A DNA stretch of 63,397 nt from Thermoproteota archaeon (GCA_024720975.1 JANJXX010000001.1:1-63397), one strand, 5' to 3'. Positions 1 to 10,000 are shown, counted from the first letter of the stretch. The notes: a model not told the origin generated them from the letters alone. Numbers and translations are program-made.

Positions 1-2346
1 CTGCGAAATGCAACTGGAATCTACAGTTGGATTGACATTTATATTGCCAACTTCACAGCAGGCAATAGCAAGATTTATATAAATCACACAAACTTTAGCA
101 TGCCAATAGAATATGTGAACAGTTTTGTTATCATTAGCGACAGTGAAGATATGATTAGGATAACAAGATTTGACCTCGTCTGGGAAAACTCAACAACAAT
201 CATAGTTGTATACATAAAACAGTACCTGACCCTTAGTGGGGGTGTGTATGTAGATGCTTATAATGTCACTTATAGAAAACTACGCATCCCAAATACGTGG
301 ACTGATGAGTCTACCCTCGCCAAAGGAACAGGAATAGGATACGACATCAAAACCTCTTGGTCTGGAGCTAATAGAATAATCGCCTTCATAGGCTCTAACG
401 CCACCAGCGTCTTTGGAGCAACTCTTAGAGTATCATTCGCAGCTAATTTGTTTATTAATGAAGCTACAAAAATACCTGTAAGTTTTGCAGGTACCAAAAC
501 CGCAAAGGCGACTCCATATTCTGCATGTTTGAGCAATATTATACTCGCATCTGGGTATGTTTATATCGTTGCAGCACTTGTTGCATCAATAGGAAGTGAG
601 CTTGTCACAATCGCATGGAATGGTATCGCAACTTTAATTGATGCCACAACAATACTGACCCCTGATGATCTAACTGAATATAACATTCCCGTATTGGATT
701 TCAAGCACCCATCAATAACACCTTTATGGAGTAGCTACTGCCTAGTATCTTTCATCGGATACTCAGAGACTGATAATTACTTAATATACTTCAGAGGCCA
801 ATTTTCAAGTGGTAGCATACTTCCCCCCTCTAGCGCAGGTGAGATCACCTATGAGAAGACACTAAAGCGTACGTTGTATACTCTTCTTGCAGATAATGAT
901 CCTTTGGATAACGAAACAGTTCTGATGTGGATTGATTTTTCCGAGAAGTCAATCATTAAGTATGCCTTGGTTCAATTTACTGATTCAGGCCTAAATAGAA
1001 CTGATGTATCTACATGTGTGGGCTTGAGTGATGTGGTGAGCTTTGATGCAATGTTCATGGGTAGTCTAAATATAACTGTAATGCTCAATTCTACGCACTC
1101 TAGCTATACCTTAGCTTATAACAGCATTTTCATCGCACACATATCCGACACGGAGGCAGGAAAGTTTCCATATGTTGCTCTTGGACTTAGAGATAGTGAC
1201 ATGGACTTTCTTGGAGACTGCGAAGAGGAATTCTATATGACAGATCCGAATAATAGTGATAGTGATTTTGATGAAATACCAGATGGTAGTGAAGTTTTCA
1301 TCTATCATACTAAGCCAAACATGAACGATACCGATAATGACGGACTCTATGATGGTATTGAAATTCGAGGCGTAGATATACCTGGAGTTGGCATCAGACA
1401 GACAGACCCACTGAATCCCGACACAGACTCCGATGGACTCCTTGATGGCGAAGAGGCACTAGGTGTTGAAATAACAAATCCTATGACAGGCGGAATATTT
1501 ACCGTCTGCACAAACCCACGAAATCATGACACAGACTCTGACAGCCTTAAAGATGGCGAGGAGGTATCCGGGTTTGATATACCTGGAATTGGACACGTAC
1601 AAACAGATCCAACACTACGAGATACAGACTCTGATATGCTTACAGACGACCAAGAAGTAAACAATGTGAAAACCAACCCATGGAACCCAGATACTGATGG
1701 CGATGGACTATTAGATTCTACTGAGGTGTTTAAGACTCGAACTAATCCGAGGTTGAGGGATACGGATGGAGACCTTATACCTGATAATTTTGATATGCTG
1801 TTACCAACTACTAGTGATTTCACATATATTATAGTTGCCGTAATGCTCATTGGTTTGTTTAGGCTCCACTCATATGGCCTATTTAGGAACTGGAGGAGGG
1901 ATATTATTGGGGTGGGTCTCTCTGATTTGGGTGGGATTCCGATGTTCGTGCTACCAGAGAGATTCCCCGTGGAAATTGACATATCACTAATAAGTTCTGG
2001 TATTACTGGAATATTCACAATGGCTGGCGAACTATCTCGGAGAGCTCTAGATAGAATTGTTCTGTCTGGAGTGGTACCGATTCTTATTGATAAGGGTGAG
2101 TATACTCTAATGTGGGTTTTCCTCAGGAGGGAGTATCCTAGGGTAATAAAGCAGCTTAGCAAACTCCATAGGGAGATGGAGAAAGCCTACAGCGCCATTC
2201 TTGCAGAGTGGTCTGGTGTCGTAGAAGAACTCATTGATGTAAAATCTTGGCTCATGGTTAGACTCTTTCCTGGAGCGAGATTCGAGGCCAAGGAGGAATT
2301 GAAAGTATTAGAAGAAGAATTCAGGGAAACGTTTAAAGAAGAATGA
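1..2346 (+). CDS. Large cell-surface protein (5'-truncated): Ca-binding DTDxDGLxDGxE (thrombospondin type-3-like) repeats, one TM helix, cytoplasmic longin/roadblock-like tail
   Basis: Frame is open from base 1, with no stop before the ATG at 100. About 7 D-[ST]-D-x-D-x-[LI]-x-D repeats. Hydrophobic segment FTYIIVAVMLIGLF. Tail IIGVGLSDLGGIPMF...ISLISSGITGIFTMAGEL...EWSG. Confidence 0.75.
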   Translation: MRNATGIYSWIDIYIANFTAGNSKIYINHTNFSMPIEYVNSFVIISDSEDMIRITRFDLVWENSTTIIVVYIKQYLTLSGGVYVDAYNVTYRKLRIPNTWTDESTLAKGTGIGYDIKTSWSGANRIIAFIGSNATSVFGATLRVSFAANLFINEATKIPVSFAGTKTAKATPYSACLSNIILASGYVYIVAALVASIGSELVTIAWNGIATLIDATTILTPDDLTEYNIPVLDFKHPSITPLWSSYCLVSFIGYSETDNYLIYFRGQFSSGSILPPSSAGEITYEKTLKRTLYTLLADNDPLDNETVLMWIDFSEKSIIKYALVQFTDSGLNRTDVSTCVGLSDVVSFDAMFMGSLNITVMLNSTHSSYTLAYNSIFIAHISDTEAGKFPYVALGLRDSDMDFLGDCEEEFYMTDPNNSDSDFDEIPDGSEVFIYHTKPNMNDTDNDGLYDGIEIRGVDIPGVGIRQTDPLNPDTDSDGLLDGEEALGVEITNPMTGGIFTVCTNPRNHDTDSDSLKDGEEVSGFDIPGIGHVQTDPTLRDTDSDMLTDDQEVNNVKTNPWNPDTDGDGLLDSTEVFKTRTNPRLRDTDGDLIPDNFDMLLPTTSDFTYIIVAVMLIGLFRLHSYGLFRNWRRDIIGVGLSDLGGIPMFVLPERFPVEIDISLISSGITGIFTMAGELSRRALDRIVLSGVVPILIDKGEYTLMWVFLRREYPRVIKQLSKLHREMEKAYSAILAEWSGVVEELIDVKSWLMVRLFPGARFEAKEELKVLEEEFRETFKEE

Positions 2347-2428
2347 TCACGAAATTCCCTTTATCATTTTTTAGACAATCGAAGTTCTAAAAGCGTTAAG
2401 AATTAAGACTTTCTTTCTTTAACTGCAC

Positions 2429-3127
2429 TTAATGAAGGGATATAGCGTACAATAAGCACAAGACTTTTGTAGTGAAAAGTGTAAGGCTTACTGCTTCTAT
2501 TCGTAGTTTCCATGGATACTTCCTTTTTCCCATGAAGAAATACTTTGCTACTAAAGCTTCTGTAAGGAATTCTACGCGATTTAGACTATTTGCTAAGATT
2601 ACACTGAGTAATTGCGTAATTCCGCGGAATGCGCCTTTGTATATGCTTCTTAAGGCTAAGGCTTCTATGCTTTGCTCGGCGTCTTTGATTGTAAGTGGTA
2701 TTAGTCTTATTGTTAGGGATGTTGCTCTTATTGCGCTTTCTGGGAGTTTTAATTTTTCCAATACTTGCTCCATGCTTAAGATTCTGGTTGTAGTGTATGC
2801 GTTTAAGAGTGCTATGCTTCCGATTATCAGTCGCGCCATGATTAGGATAGCCTTCTCTAATGGATTCAGAAGAAAGACTAGTATGCCTATCGATAGAATG
2901 ATATATTTCAAGCCCCTCAGGAACTGTAATACATTCCTAGTTGTACCTCCTACGGCTGACTCCGCTAAGGTAATTACGGCTAATAAGACTGCAACCTTTA
3001 TTGAACAGAGAGCCAATATAATTAAAACTAAGAGTACTCCTGCTAGCTTCAATACTGGGTGACTCTCGTATAGAGGGGAGTTTCTATTTGGTATCATCGC
3101 CTGGAAAAGGGACTTCATGTCTAGCAT
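2429..3127 (-). CDS. ecfT: ECF transporter transmembrane T component
   Basis: HPVLKL N-terminus, TM helices, LTIRLIP...EALALR...EALVAK coupling helices; in an operon with two ATPases and an S component. Confidence 0.85.
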   Translation of the reverse strand: MLDMKSLFQAMIPNRNSPLYESHPVLKLAGVLLVLIILALCSIKVAVLLAVITLAESAVGGTTRNVLQFLRGLKYIILSIGILVFLLNPLEKAILIMARLIIGSIALLNAYTTTRILSMEQVLEKLKLPESAIRATSLTIRLIPLTIKDAEQSIEALALRSIYKGAFRGITQLLSVILANSLNRVEFLTEALVAKYFFMGKRKYPWKLRIEAVSLTLFTTKVLCLLYAISLH

Positions 3128-3867
3128 AACATCATCGCCAAAGCTTTGATCAAGTCATCCTTTGTGAACTTTGGGTCTAGACCCAATTTTAGCAGCACTT
3201 TGTAAACTTGGACGGTTTGATTTAGGCTTAAGTATGGTAGCTCATCTAAGGCTAACTCTGGCTTGCTTCTGATTTTTATTCTTCCATCCTCGAGAAATAA
3301 AATTTCGTCACAAAATGGTAGTATTCGAAAGTCGTTGGTTGCTAGCAGTATTAGTCTTTCTCTTCCAACGTTTTTAAGCAATTCTATTAGCCTGATTCTA
3401 TTTTCCTTGTCGAGACCGACTGTGATTTCGTCTAGCAGAACCACATCCGTTTTGTAGCTTAGGGCTGTCACTAGAGCTGCCAGTCTTCTTTCTCCTTCAC
3501 TAACTTTGAATATTTGCTCATGCATAATATCTCGAACTGAGAAGTAGTCTATAAGATCCTCGCTTACTTTTGCTCTCTCGAATTCATCAACTATTCTAGG
3601 GCCAGTGAGAAATGTGGATGGGTTCGATGGTAAATATATAACCTTGCTGACAACATCCCTATAGGACTTCACTCTCTTTCCGCAGACTGTTAAACTGCCT
3701 CTGTTCAGTTTAAGCATGCCAGCTATTATCCTTAGCAAAGTCGTTTTTCCAGAGCCATTACAACCTGTTAAGCAGTAAAATCCCCTATCCAAGTCTAGAT
3801 TTAGGCCTCTAAGTATCCAGTTGCTTCTAGGATACCTAAACCACGCATTCCTTATGCTTAATAGCAT
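3121..3867 (-). CDS. ecfA2: ECF transporter ATPase (A' subunit)
   Basis: Walker A GCNGSGKT, signature VSEGE, Walker B LLDEITVGLD. Confidence 0.85.
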   Translation of the reverse strand: MLLSIRNAWFRYPRSNWILRGLNLDLDRGFYCLTGCNGSGKTTLLRIIAGMLKLNRGSLTVCGKRVKSYRDVVSKVIYLPSNPSTFLTGPRIVDEFERAKVSEDLIDYFSVRDIMHEQIFKVSEGERRLAALVTALSYKTDVVLLDEITVGLDKENRIRLIELLKNVGRERLILLATNDFRILPFCDEILFLEDGRIKIRSKPELALDELPYLSLNQTVQVYKVLLKLGLDPKFTKDDLIKALAMMLC

Positions 3868-4708
3868 TTTCGATCATCACCAGAAACTCATTTAACGATT
3901 TAGGAATTCGATCTATACAGCCCCTTCCTCGAAAGATTACTGCATACTCCAAGAGTTCTGGTATATTTATGTCTAACAAAAGCTCTGCAACATCATCGAG
4001 GGAGCCTTGAGCTGCTACTGTACCGTCTTTTAGAACTATGATTTTATTCGCCAGTTCAACCAGGTAGTCTAGATGGTGCTCAAATACCAATATGATCCTC
4101 CCAGTAGATACCTCACTGAGTGCTTTAATAAATCTGATGTAGTTGTCAGGATCTAACCTTGAGAGTGGCTCATCGAGCACTAGTACCTTTGCTCCGGTGG
4201 CGATTGCTGAGGCTAATGCAATAAGTTGTAGCTGTCCGCTGCTGAGTTCAAGCGTAGATCTATTAATTAGGTCACCAAGTTTAAGAGTCTTAACTACGTA
4301 TTCAACACGTCTTTTCATACTCTCAGGCTTAAGACCAAGATTTATTAGTGGAAGATATAACTCCTCTTCGACTGTTATTGATGATATAAATAGCTCTGGA
4401 TTTTGAGATACATATGCTACCTTCCCGGCGAGGGTACCAGGCCCATTTTTTATCGGATCCTCTCCCAAGACTCTAACTTCTCCAGATACTTCAGCATAAA
4501 AAATATGAGGAATTAGACCTACCAGCACTCTTGCTAGAGTCGTCTTCCCGCATCCTGTTTTACCCACTATTAGATATATTCCATCCGTACTTATCTCTAG
4601 ATTTACGCCGCGTAGAATGAACTTGTCCCTATTTGGATATCGAACCCATAAATTCCTTAATTCTATCAATAACTCCCATCTCTTCGAGCTTATGTATGAT
4701 AGGAACAC
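3836..4708 (-). CDS. ecfA1: ECF transporter ATPase (A subunit); likely true start TTG at 4669
   Basis: GKTGCGKT, Q-loop SQNPE, LSSGQ, VLDEPLSRLD, FEHH. Confidence 0.88.
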   Translation of the reverse strand: MFLSYISSKRWELLIELRNLWVRYPNRDKFILRGVNLEISTDGIYLIVGKTGCGKTTLARVLVGLIPHIFYAEVSGEVRVLGEDPIKNGPGTLAGKVAYVSQNPELFISSITVEEELYLPLINLGLKPESMKRRVEYVVKTLKLGDLINRSTLELSSGQLQLIALASAIATGAKVLVLDEPLSRLDPDNYIRFIKALSEVSTGRIILVFEHHLDYLVELANKIIVLKDGTVAAQGSLDDVAELLLDINIPELLEYAVIFRGRGCIDRIPKSLNEFLVMIENAIKHKECVV

Positions 4709-5402
4709 TTATTGCTATACCTACTATAGATTGAAACATATTGGGTATTACCTCGACTAGAGCCACCTCACTGCCAAGTAGCATTGTCTCATATAGATAG
4801 TACCCGTATACCATTAGAATGCCAGCAATTAGGCATGAAAATATCATTATGTGAGCTCTCCTTCCTAGGAACAAGAGTAAAAGCGCTATAATCTCTACAG
4901 TGATAACAAATGCTAGAAGTATCCAGATTTGTATCTCAGTGCTGAATGTGAGTGAGAGAGGTTCTGACGTAAGCTCGATTGTTATTTTATCCATACCAAG
5001 ATGGAAATACGTGTACAAGTACGAGGCTAAAGTTACACCAAGTATCGCCACTATCGAAATTAGCAGTGCATATTTCCTCTTAATAGACTCTTTTCCCCTA
5101 ACTAGCGTCAAGTACAAGAAGCCAGCAACGAAACCTTCTGCAGCTTTGATTATTAAAGTGCCAGGAGCATATATTGGGTACCCTAGGTAAAGATCTGCTA
5201 GTGCTGAACCAATTCCTCCTGCCAACGCTCCCACAATTGGTCCGCCAATAATTGCAGCAAGATACACGCCCGCCTCTCCAACATTCCAAAAACCTCCTGT
5301 GGCCGGTATTGATATTGCAACTACTATCGTAAATACAAATACAACTGCAGCTAGTATAGCAGCAAGTGCAATTAATTTGATCTCACGACTTTCTGCTAGC
5401 AT
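4629..5402 (-). CDS. ECF transporter S component (COG4720; HmpT/PdxU2-like, possibly vitamin B6) with an internal two-helix insertion
   Basis: IPATGGFWNVGEAGVY...GGIGSALADLYLGYPIYAPGTLIIKAAEG motif. Start moved to ATG 5402, which follows an AGGTG RBS. Confidence 0.8.
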   Translation of the reverse strand: MLAESREIKLIALAAILAAVVFVFTIVVAISIPATGGFWNVGEAGVYLAAIIGGPIVGALAGGIGSALADLYLGYPIYAPGTLIIKAAEGFVAGFLYLTLVRGKESIKRKYALLISIVAILGVTLASYLYTYFHLGMDKITIELTSEPLSLTFSTEIQIWILLAFVITVEIIALLLLFLGRRAHIMIFSCLIAGILMVYGYYLYETMLLGSEVALVEVIPNMFQSIVGIAISVPIIHKLEEMGVIDRIKEFMGSISK

Positions 5403-5560
5403 AAAAACACCTACGAAATCTATTCTAGTCTTAAAATCAGATGGACATTGAAGAGGTTTATTATATAGGTTTGAGCCTATATATAGGTTTAGTAGAGTTA
5501 ATTGTATCAATTGTTTTTCGCAACTGAGCCATTCCTGATACGACATATTGATACAGCTTC

Positions 5561-6973
5561 ATGTTCAGTAAAGTGATAGACATGAATATATTCTTCGAGT
5601 GCAGAAAGTGCCGATCGCGTTTCAGCACGGAGTTTCTGAGATGCCCTATATGTGGTGGCCTATTGACGGCAAATTACGACAACTTATCATGGAAGCCCCT
5701 CAATCTCAATAGTATTTGGAGGTATTCCTGTCTACTGCCAAGGAACAGAACTACTATAGTAACTCTTGGAGAGGGTATGACTCCGATAGTCGAGGCGAAT
5801 AATCTCGCTAAGGTTCTGGGTGTTAAAAAGCTGTATATAAAGGATGAGACTAGAAATCCTACGGGCTCTTTTGTTGATAGAGGTATTTCAGTCGTTGTGA
5901 ACAATATTGAGGAGGACACTAAAGAGATTGTGTGTTCAACTAGAGGTGATACTGGGGCATCTTTAGCTGTATACTCTGCGCGCATCAAATTGAAAGCAAG
6001 AATCTACGTCCCGCGGGATGTTGATCTAGGAAAATTATATATAATGCTCTTGAGTGGTGCTGACGTTAGAATTGTGCCTGATTTCTTAACCGCCACTTAT
6101 TTAGCTGAGACTGAGAGTATGCAAACAAAGGTAGTTATGGAGACTCTGCCATCCTACATAGAAGGCCTAAAAACGATAAGCTTTGAGATCTTTGAGCAAC
6201 TAAACATGAATATACCTGATATCATAATAGTACCTGTTGGTTCTGGAGCTTTAATATCTGCCATCTGGAAGGGCTTCGAAGAGCTTAGAAAGTTGAACTT
6301 ATTGGATAATACACCAAGACTTGTGGGTGTGCAAGTTGAGGGCGCTGATCCTATCACCATGCTATTCAACAGAATGAAACTAGAAAAAATGTCTGCAAAG
6401 ACTCTAGCACGTGATACGGAGTTATTCATTCCGGGACTCGCAGAAACTGCATTAGAAGCCGTTAGACGCTCAGGAGGAGTCATGATTAGCGTGAGTAATA
6501 CTGAGATACCAAGATACATTGAGTTGCTTGCAAGGACTGAAGGTATTATAGCAGAGCCGTCAGCAGTGCTGTCAATAATTGCTATAAGCCGCATACTTAA
6601 TAGCTTCATAGATGCGGATTCAGAAGTCTTAGCAGTAATTACTGGCTCTGGACTCAGAACACCAGATGTTCTAAGGAACTTGCTACCAATAGAAGACATG
6701 CTTAGAAAAGTTTCTGAAGATATCCCGAGACTAGCTACATCAAGACTTGGCGAAACAAAGATTCAGATACTCACAATATTGAAGCATAAACCTTTACATG
6801 GTTACGGAATAAAGAAGGAACTCGCTAATCGTTATAATAAAAATCTATCGACAGCAACAATATATCAGCATTTGAGAGAGCTCGAAAACATGGGGCTAGT
6901 AAGTAGAACCAGGAAAGTCGGAAAAAGAGGGAAGGTACTGTACATGGTAAATAACACAAAGTTACTTACTTGA
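5561..6973 (+). CDS. Threonine-synthase-like (fold-type II PLP) domain lacking the catalytic Lys, fused to a C-terminal PadR/ArsR-like wHTH; probable regulator
   Basis: N-terminal CxxC...CxxC; TLGEGMTP; NPTGSFVDRG in place of NPTGSFKDRG; C-terminal ILTILKHKPLHGYGIKKEL...TIYQHLRELENMGLV. Confidence 0.8.
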   Translation: MFSKVIDMNIFFECRKCRSRFSTEFLRCPICGGLLTANYDNLSWKPLNLNSIWRYSCLLPRNRTTIVTLGEGMTPIVEANNLAKVLGVKKLYIKDETRNPTGSFVDRGISVVVNNIEEDTKEIVCSTRGDTGASLAVYSARIKLKARIYVPRDVDLGKLYIMLLSGADVRIVPDFLTATYLAETESMQTKVVMETLPSYIEGLKTISFEIFEQLNMNIPDIIIVPVGSGALISAIWKGFEELRKLNLLDNTPRLVGVQVEGADPITMLFNRMKLEKMSAKTLARDTELFIPGLAETALEAVRRSGGVMISVSNTEIPRYIELLARTEGIIAEPSAVLSIIAISRILNSFIDADSEVLAVITGSGLRTPDVLRNLLPIEDMLRKVSEDIPRLATSRLGETKIQILTILKHKPLHGYGIKKELANRYNKNLSTATIYQHLRELENMGLVSRTRKVGKRGKVLYMVNNTKLLT

Positions 6974-7003
6974 TGCTAAAATATGAGGAATTTTGAAATT
7001 TTG

Positions 7004-8632
7004 CTAGCTTTTGAGGATTTTTTCAAAGACGTCCTTGTCTAGATCTTCTATCAGTGGAATTTCAAAGAGTTTTGCTGCACGCTCGGTGAGGGCTGCAACA
7101 TCGGTTCTCTTTACCAGCTTTATGTCGAACTTTCGCATACCTGCTAGTAATTGTTTGAGGCCTGTGCCTATTCTGTCGACGAAGTAGCTGTAGATACCTA
7201 TACCACCGGCGGGAATTTGACTCCACTTGTCACCATATCTGTTCTTTAGGTCTCCAGCTACGGCAAATATTGTCTCAAGCTTGTCGCCATAGATTTGAGT
7301 GAATTCAGGAGCAATCTTGCTCAGCGTACCCTCCTTGGCAAGCTTTGCAAAGTATTTGGCTTTCATAGCTGCGGTGAGTGCTGGCTTTGCCACAGATGCG
7401 CCAATTACGTATGGTCTATCCTTATCGGGAAATCCACTCAGGGCCATCGCTTTGAGTATTTGAGTTTCGTTGATTATTCCACCAGCGATGAATATGTCTG
7501 GCACATATTTTCCTTTCTTGTCGAGGATCCTGGCAGCTTTTATTACAAGAGCTAGCATGTAAAGTGTTGGCGTACCCATTTCTAGCATCATAGGCCATGG
7601 GGACATACCTGTACCGCCTCCTTGACCATCGAATGTCACATAGTCAACCTTTGCTTCAGATGCAGCTTTCATTGCCCAGGCGATTACTGCTGGTCTATAC
7701 TGACCCATCTTTAAAGAGACTATTTTAGCTCCCTGCTCTCTCAGCTTATCAACATCTTCGCAGAAGCTCTCTATTGTCGGCATACCAATTCTTGAGTGCC
7801 TCTCGAATGATTCAATTGCACCCATCTTCCAAGCTTCTTGAACTCCTGGATCCTCGGGGTCTGGGAGAACTACATATCCTCGCCTCTTAAGTTCTATTGC
7901 TCTCTGAAGGTCTTTAACTCTTATTTCGCCACCTATAGCCTTTGCTCCTTGACCCCACTTTCTCTCAATACCATTTACCTCGAGTTTTGTAATTACATAT
8001 ACATCAACGCCAAGCCTTTGATCCTCAACATTCGTTTGTACTACTATATCTCCATATTCTCCGTCCCACCAATCTCTGAAGGTTTTTATTCTGAATTCCA
8101 TTTCTGGGCTTTTTTGTACCTTCCCATTGCTAATTATTGATTCTGGATCAACACCACATACATTTTCTCCAACAGTCATTATCGTTCCAGATATTGCTGC
8201 TCCGGATGCTAAATGCTCCCAGTTGTTCTTAGCTACAGTCGTACTACCTAGACCTGCAATTATAACTGGAACCCTAAGCTTTATTCTGTGTTTTCTTCCC
8301 ACCTCGACCCCTATTTTGACGCGTTCAAATATTGCCTTGTCTTCATCTCGAAACTCTTCGGGGTATGTTGCCTCAGCTCTTAATTCGCTCATTAGTTGTA
8401 GGTCTGCCCAGTCAATTCCATAGTATTTATTGCTAGCTATTACTGATTTTCCAAAGAGGTCAGATCTCGGATATAGACACTCTCTGCCTCTGAGTGCTGA
8501 CTTTGATATCTCACATAGGATTGGACACTCTTCGACACATATTGGGCATATTCCTGTTGGCATAGGATCTGCTGAGAATCTTATTCTAGTTCCAGTTGCT
8601 GAAGAGCCCCCAATGCTTGATCTTGCACCCAT
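7004..8632 (-). CDS. FMN-binding glutamate synthase family protein (archaeal stand-alone GltB domain 2)
   Basis: CPICVEECPILCEI Cys cluster, ERKWGQGAKAIGGE, TFDGQGGGTGMSP, FIAGG, GLKQLLAG. Confidence 0.85.
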   Translation of the reverse strand: MGARSSIGGSSATGTRIRFSADPMPTGICPICVEECPILCEISKSALRGRECLYPRSDLFGKSVIASNKYYGIDWADLQLMSELRAEATYPEEFRDEDKAIFERVKIGVEVGRKHRIKLRVPVIIAGLGSTTVAKNNWEHLASGAAISGTIMTVGENVCGVDPESIISNGKVQKSPEMEFRIKTFRDWWDGEYGDIVVQTNVEDQRLGVDVYVITKLEVNGIERKWGQGAKAIGGEIRVKDLQRAIELKRRGYVVLPDPEDPGVQEAWKMGAIESFERHSRIGMPTIESFCEDVDKLREQGAKIVSLKMGQYRPAVIAWAMKAASEAKVDYVTFDGQGGGTGMSPWPMMLEMGTPTLYMLALVIKAARILDKKGKYVPDIFIAGGIINETQILKAMALSGFPDKDRPYVIGASVAKPALTAAMKAKYFAKLAKEGTLSKIAPEFTQIYGDKLETIFAVAGDLKNRYGDKWSQIPAGGIGIYSYFVDRIGTGLKQLLAGMRKFDIKLVKRTDVAALTERAAKLFEIPLIEDLDKDVFEKILKS

Positions 8633-8670
8633 ATATCAACACCTAAGTTTCTAGTAATAACCACGCCAAT

Positions 8671-8688
8671 CAGTAAATATATTTACTG
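8671..8688. promoter_or_regulatory. Perfect 18-bp palindrome CAGTAAATATATTTACTG over the putative promoter of the glutamate-synthase-family gene
   Basis: Exact inverted repeat about 40-55 bp upstream of the start codon at 8632, with an AT-rich TATA-like centre. Confidence 0.5.
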
Positions 8689-8830
8689 GGTATATTCACC
8701 TAGCGTCTTAAGAAGCTCTTGTTGAATGCACTATTCTTTATGACTTGAAAACTTTAGTGCTGCTAAGGATTATAAAAACCCAGAGACACAGAATCAGAAG
8801 CATACGCTAGAAAAGTGAAAAATAATATTC

Positions 8831-9622
8831 TCAGTGTCCTCTCAAGTCAGAAATAATAAGCTGAGCTACCTTCCTGCCCGACAACAACATTCCACTGAAT
8901 ATTGGTCCCATCCTAGGACCTCCAAATAGCGCATTTACAGCCATACCTGCCACGTAAAGTCCAGGTAAAACACGGCAGGTTTTTTCTACGACGAATTTTT
9001 CTCCTTCTGGTGCCCACATAGATTTTTCTCCAAGAAGCTTTAAATTTGATTCCGGTATCTTCTTAGCAACCACATTAAGAATCTCAGCGTCATGTCCAGT
9101 AGCATCAACTACAGCCCTCGCTTTAAGCGCTATTGGATCTACGTGCAGACCTGCTATCGGTACGGCTGACCATATACATACAACGCCTTCTATTCTTAGC
9201 GGATTTTCCCTGTATATAATGTCCTCTACATCAACTCCTAGAAATATTTTTGCGCCTGAGTCACTTGCCGCAGACAAAAGCTTGCCAATCATCTGGACAG
9301 AATCAAGAATGAATACGCCATCACCTACTTTTTCATACCTTACTCCTATCTCATCAAGTATCTCGTTTGCAGGTGAGGCTACAACTAATTTGTGAAATAA
9401 ATTTCCACCGCCTCCCATTCCACCGCCAACAGTCACTCTTCTTTCTAGGACCAATGTTTTAAGTCCCGCCTTCGCTAAATAATACGCTGCCGTTAGTCCT
9501 GCAGGACCGGCGCCAACGATTATGACATCTGATTTCACGTAATTTATCCAATCCTCCATAGCGTGCTTTAATATGAGCCTGGTTATTTCTTCTTCAGGAA
9601 CATCTTTTAGCAATATCATCAC
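8831..9622 (-). CDS. thi4: Thiazole synthase, sulfide-dependent (His-type)
   Basis: DVIIVGAGPAGL, GGGMGGGG, GLHVDP (His at the suicide-Cys position), DATGHDA, PRMGPIFSGMLLSG. Confidence 0.93.
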   Translation of the reverse strand: MMILLKDVPEEEITRLILKHAMEDWINYVKSDVIIVGAGPAGLTAAYYLAKAGLKTLVLERRVTVGGGMGGGGNLFHKLVVASPANEILDEIGVRYEKVGDGVFILDSVQMIGKLLSAASDSGAKIFLGVDVEDIIYRENPLRIEGVVCIWSAVPIAGLHVDPIALKARAVVDATGHDAEILNVVAKKIPESNLKLLGEKSMWAPEGEKFVVEKTCRVLPGLYVAGMAVNALFGGPRMGPIFSGMLLSGRKVAQLIISDLRGH

Positions 9623-9682
9623 CGAGGAGTTTGGAAATAAAAATAAAGAGTTAAGAACTGAGAATATAGATTTAAGTCCGTA

Positions 9683-9946
9683 CTATAACCTTCCCATTCT
9701 CACAATCTCTACGCTTATACCCTCTATTTCATTTAGGATACTTTCTATATCTTCAGCTAGTCCTTCTTTTTCTGGAACCTTCACTCTTAAAACGATCTTG
9801 TTAACACCATACGTAAACGGCTCGATCTTATAATCAACTAACTTTGCGTAGCCTGGCAGCCTCTTCTTTATTTCTTCAAGTGCACTGTTGAGGTCCACTT
9901 CATCACTATCGGGGTATACTTCTATAACGAATATGTTCTCCGCCAT
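9683..9946 (-). CDS. ef1b: Archaeal translation elongation factor 1-beta
   Basis: 87 aa; VYPDSDEVDL...IEPFTYGVNKI...EIEGISVEI. Confidence 0.9.
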   Translation of the reverse strand: MAENIFVIEVYPDSDEVDLNSALEEIKKRLPGYAKLVDYKIEPFTYGVNKIVLRVKVPEKEGLAEDIESILNEIEGISVEIVRMGRL

Positions 9947-10000
9947 TTTTGACCACCAAGACTAACAAGAGATAATTTGAGTATAAAAGCATAGCTCGAA

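Noticed and set aside
1230-1790. DNA repeat array or CRISPR
   Set aside because: The repeats are degenerate, in-frame protein Ca-binding motifs with no identical nucleotide repeat-spacer structure
5561-6973. Active threonine synthase (thrC)
   Set aside because: The PLP-binding Lys is replaced by Val and a wHTH is fused
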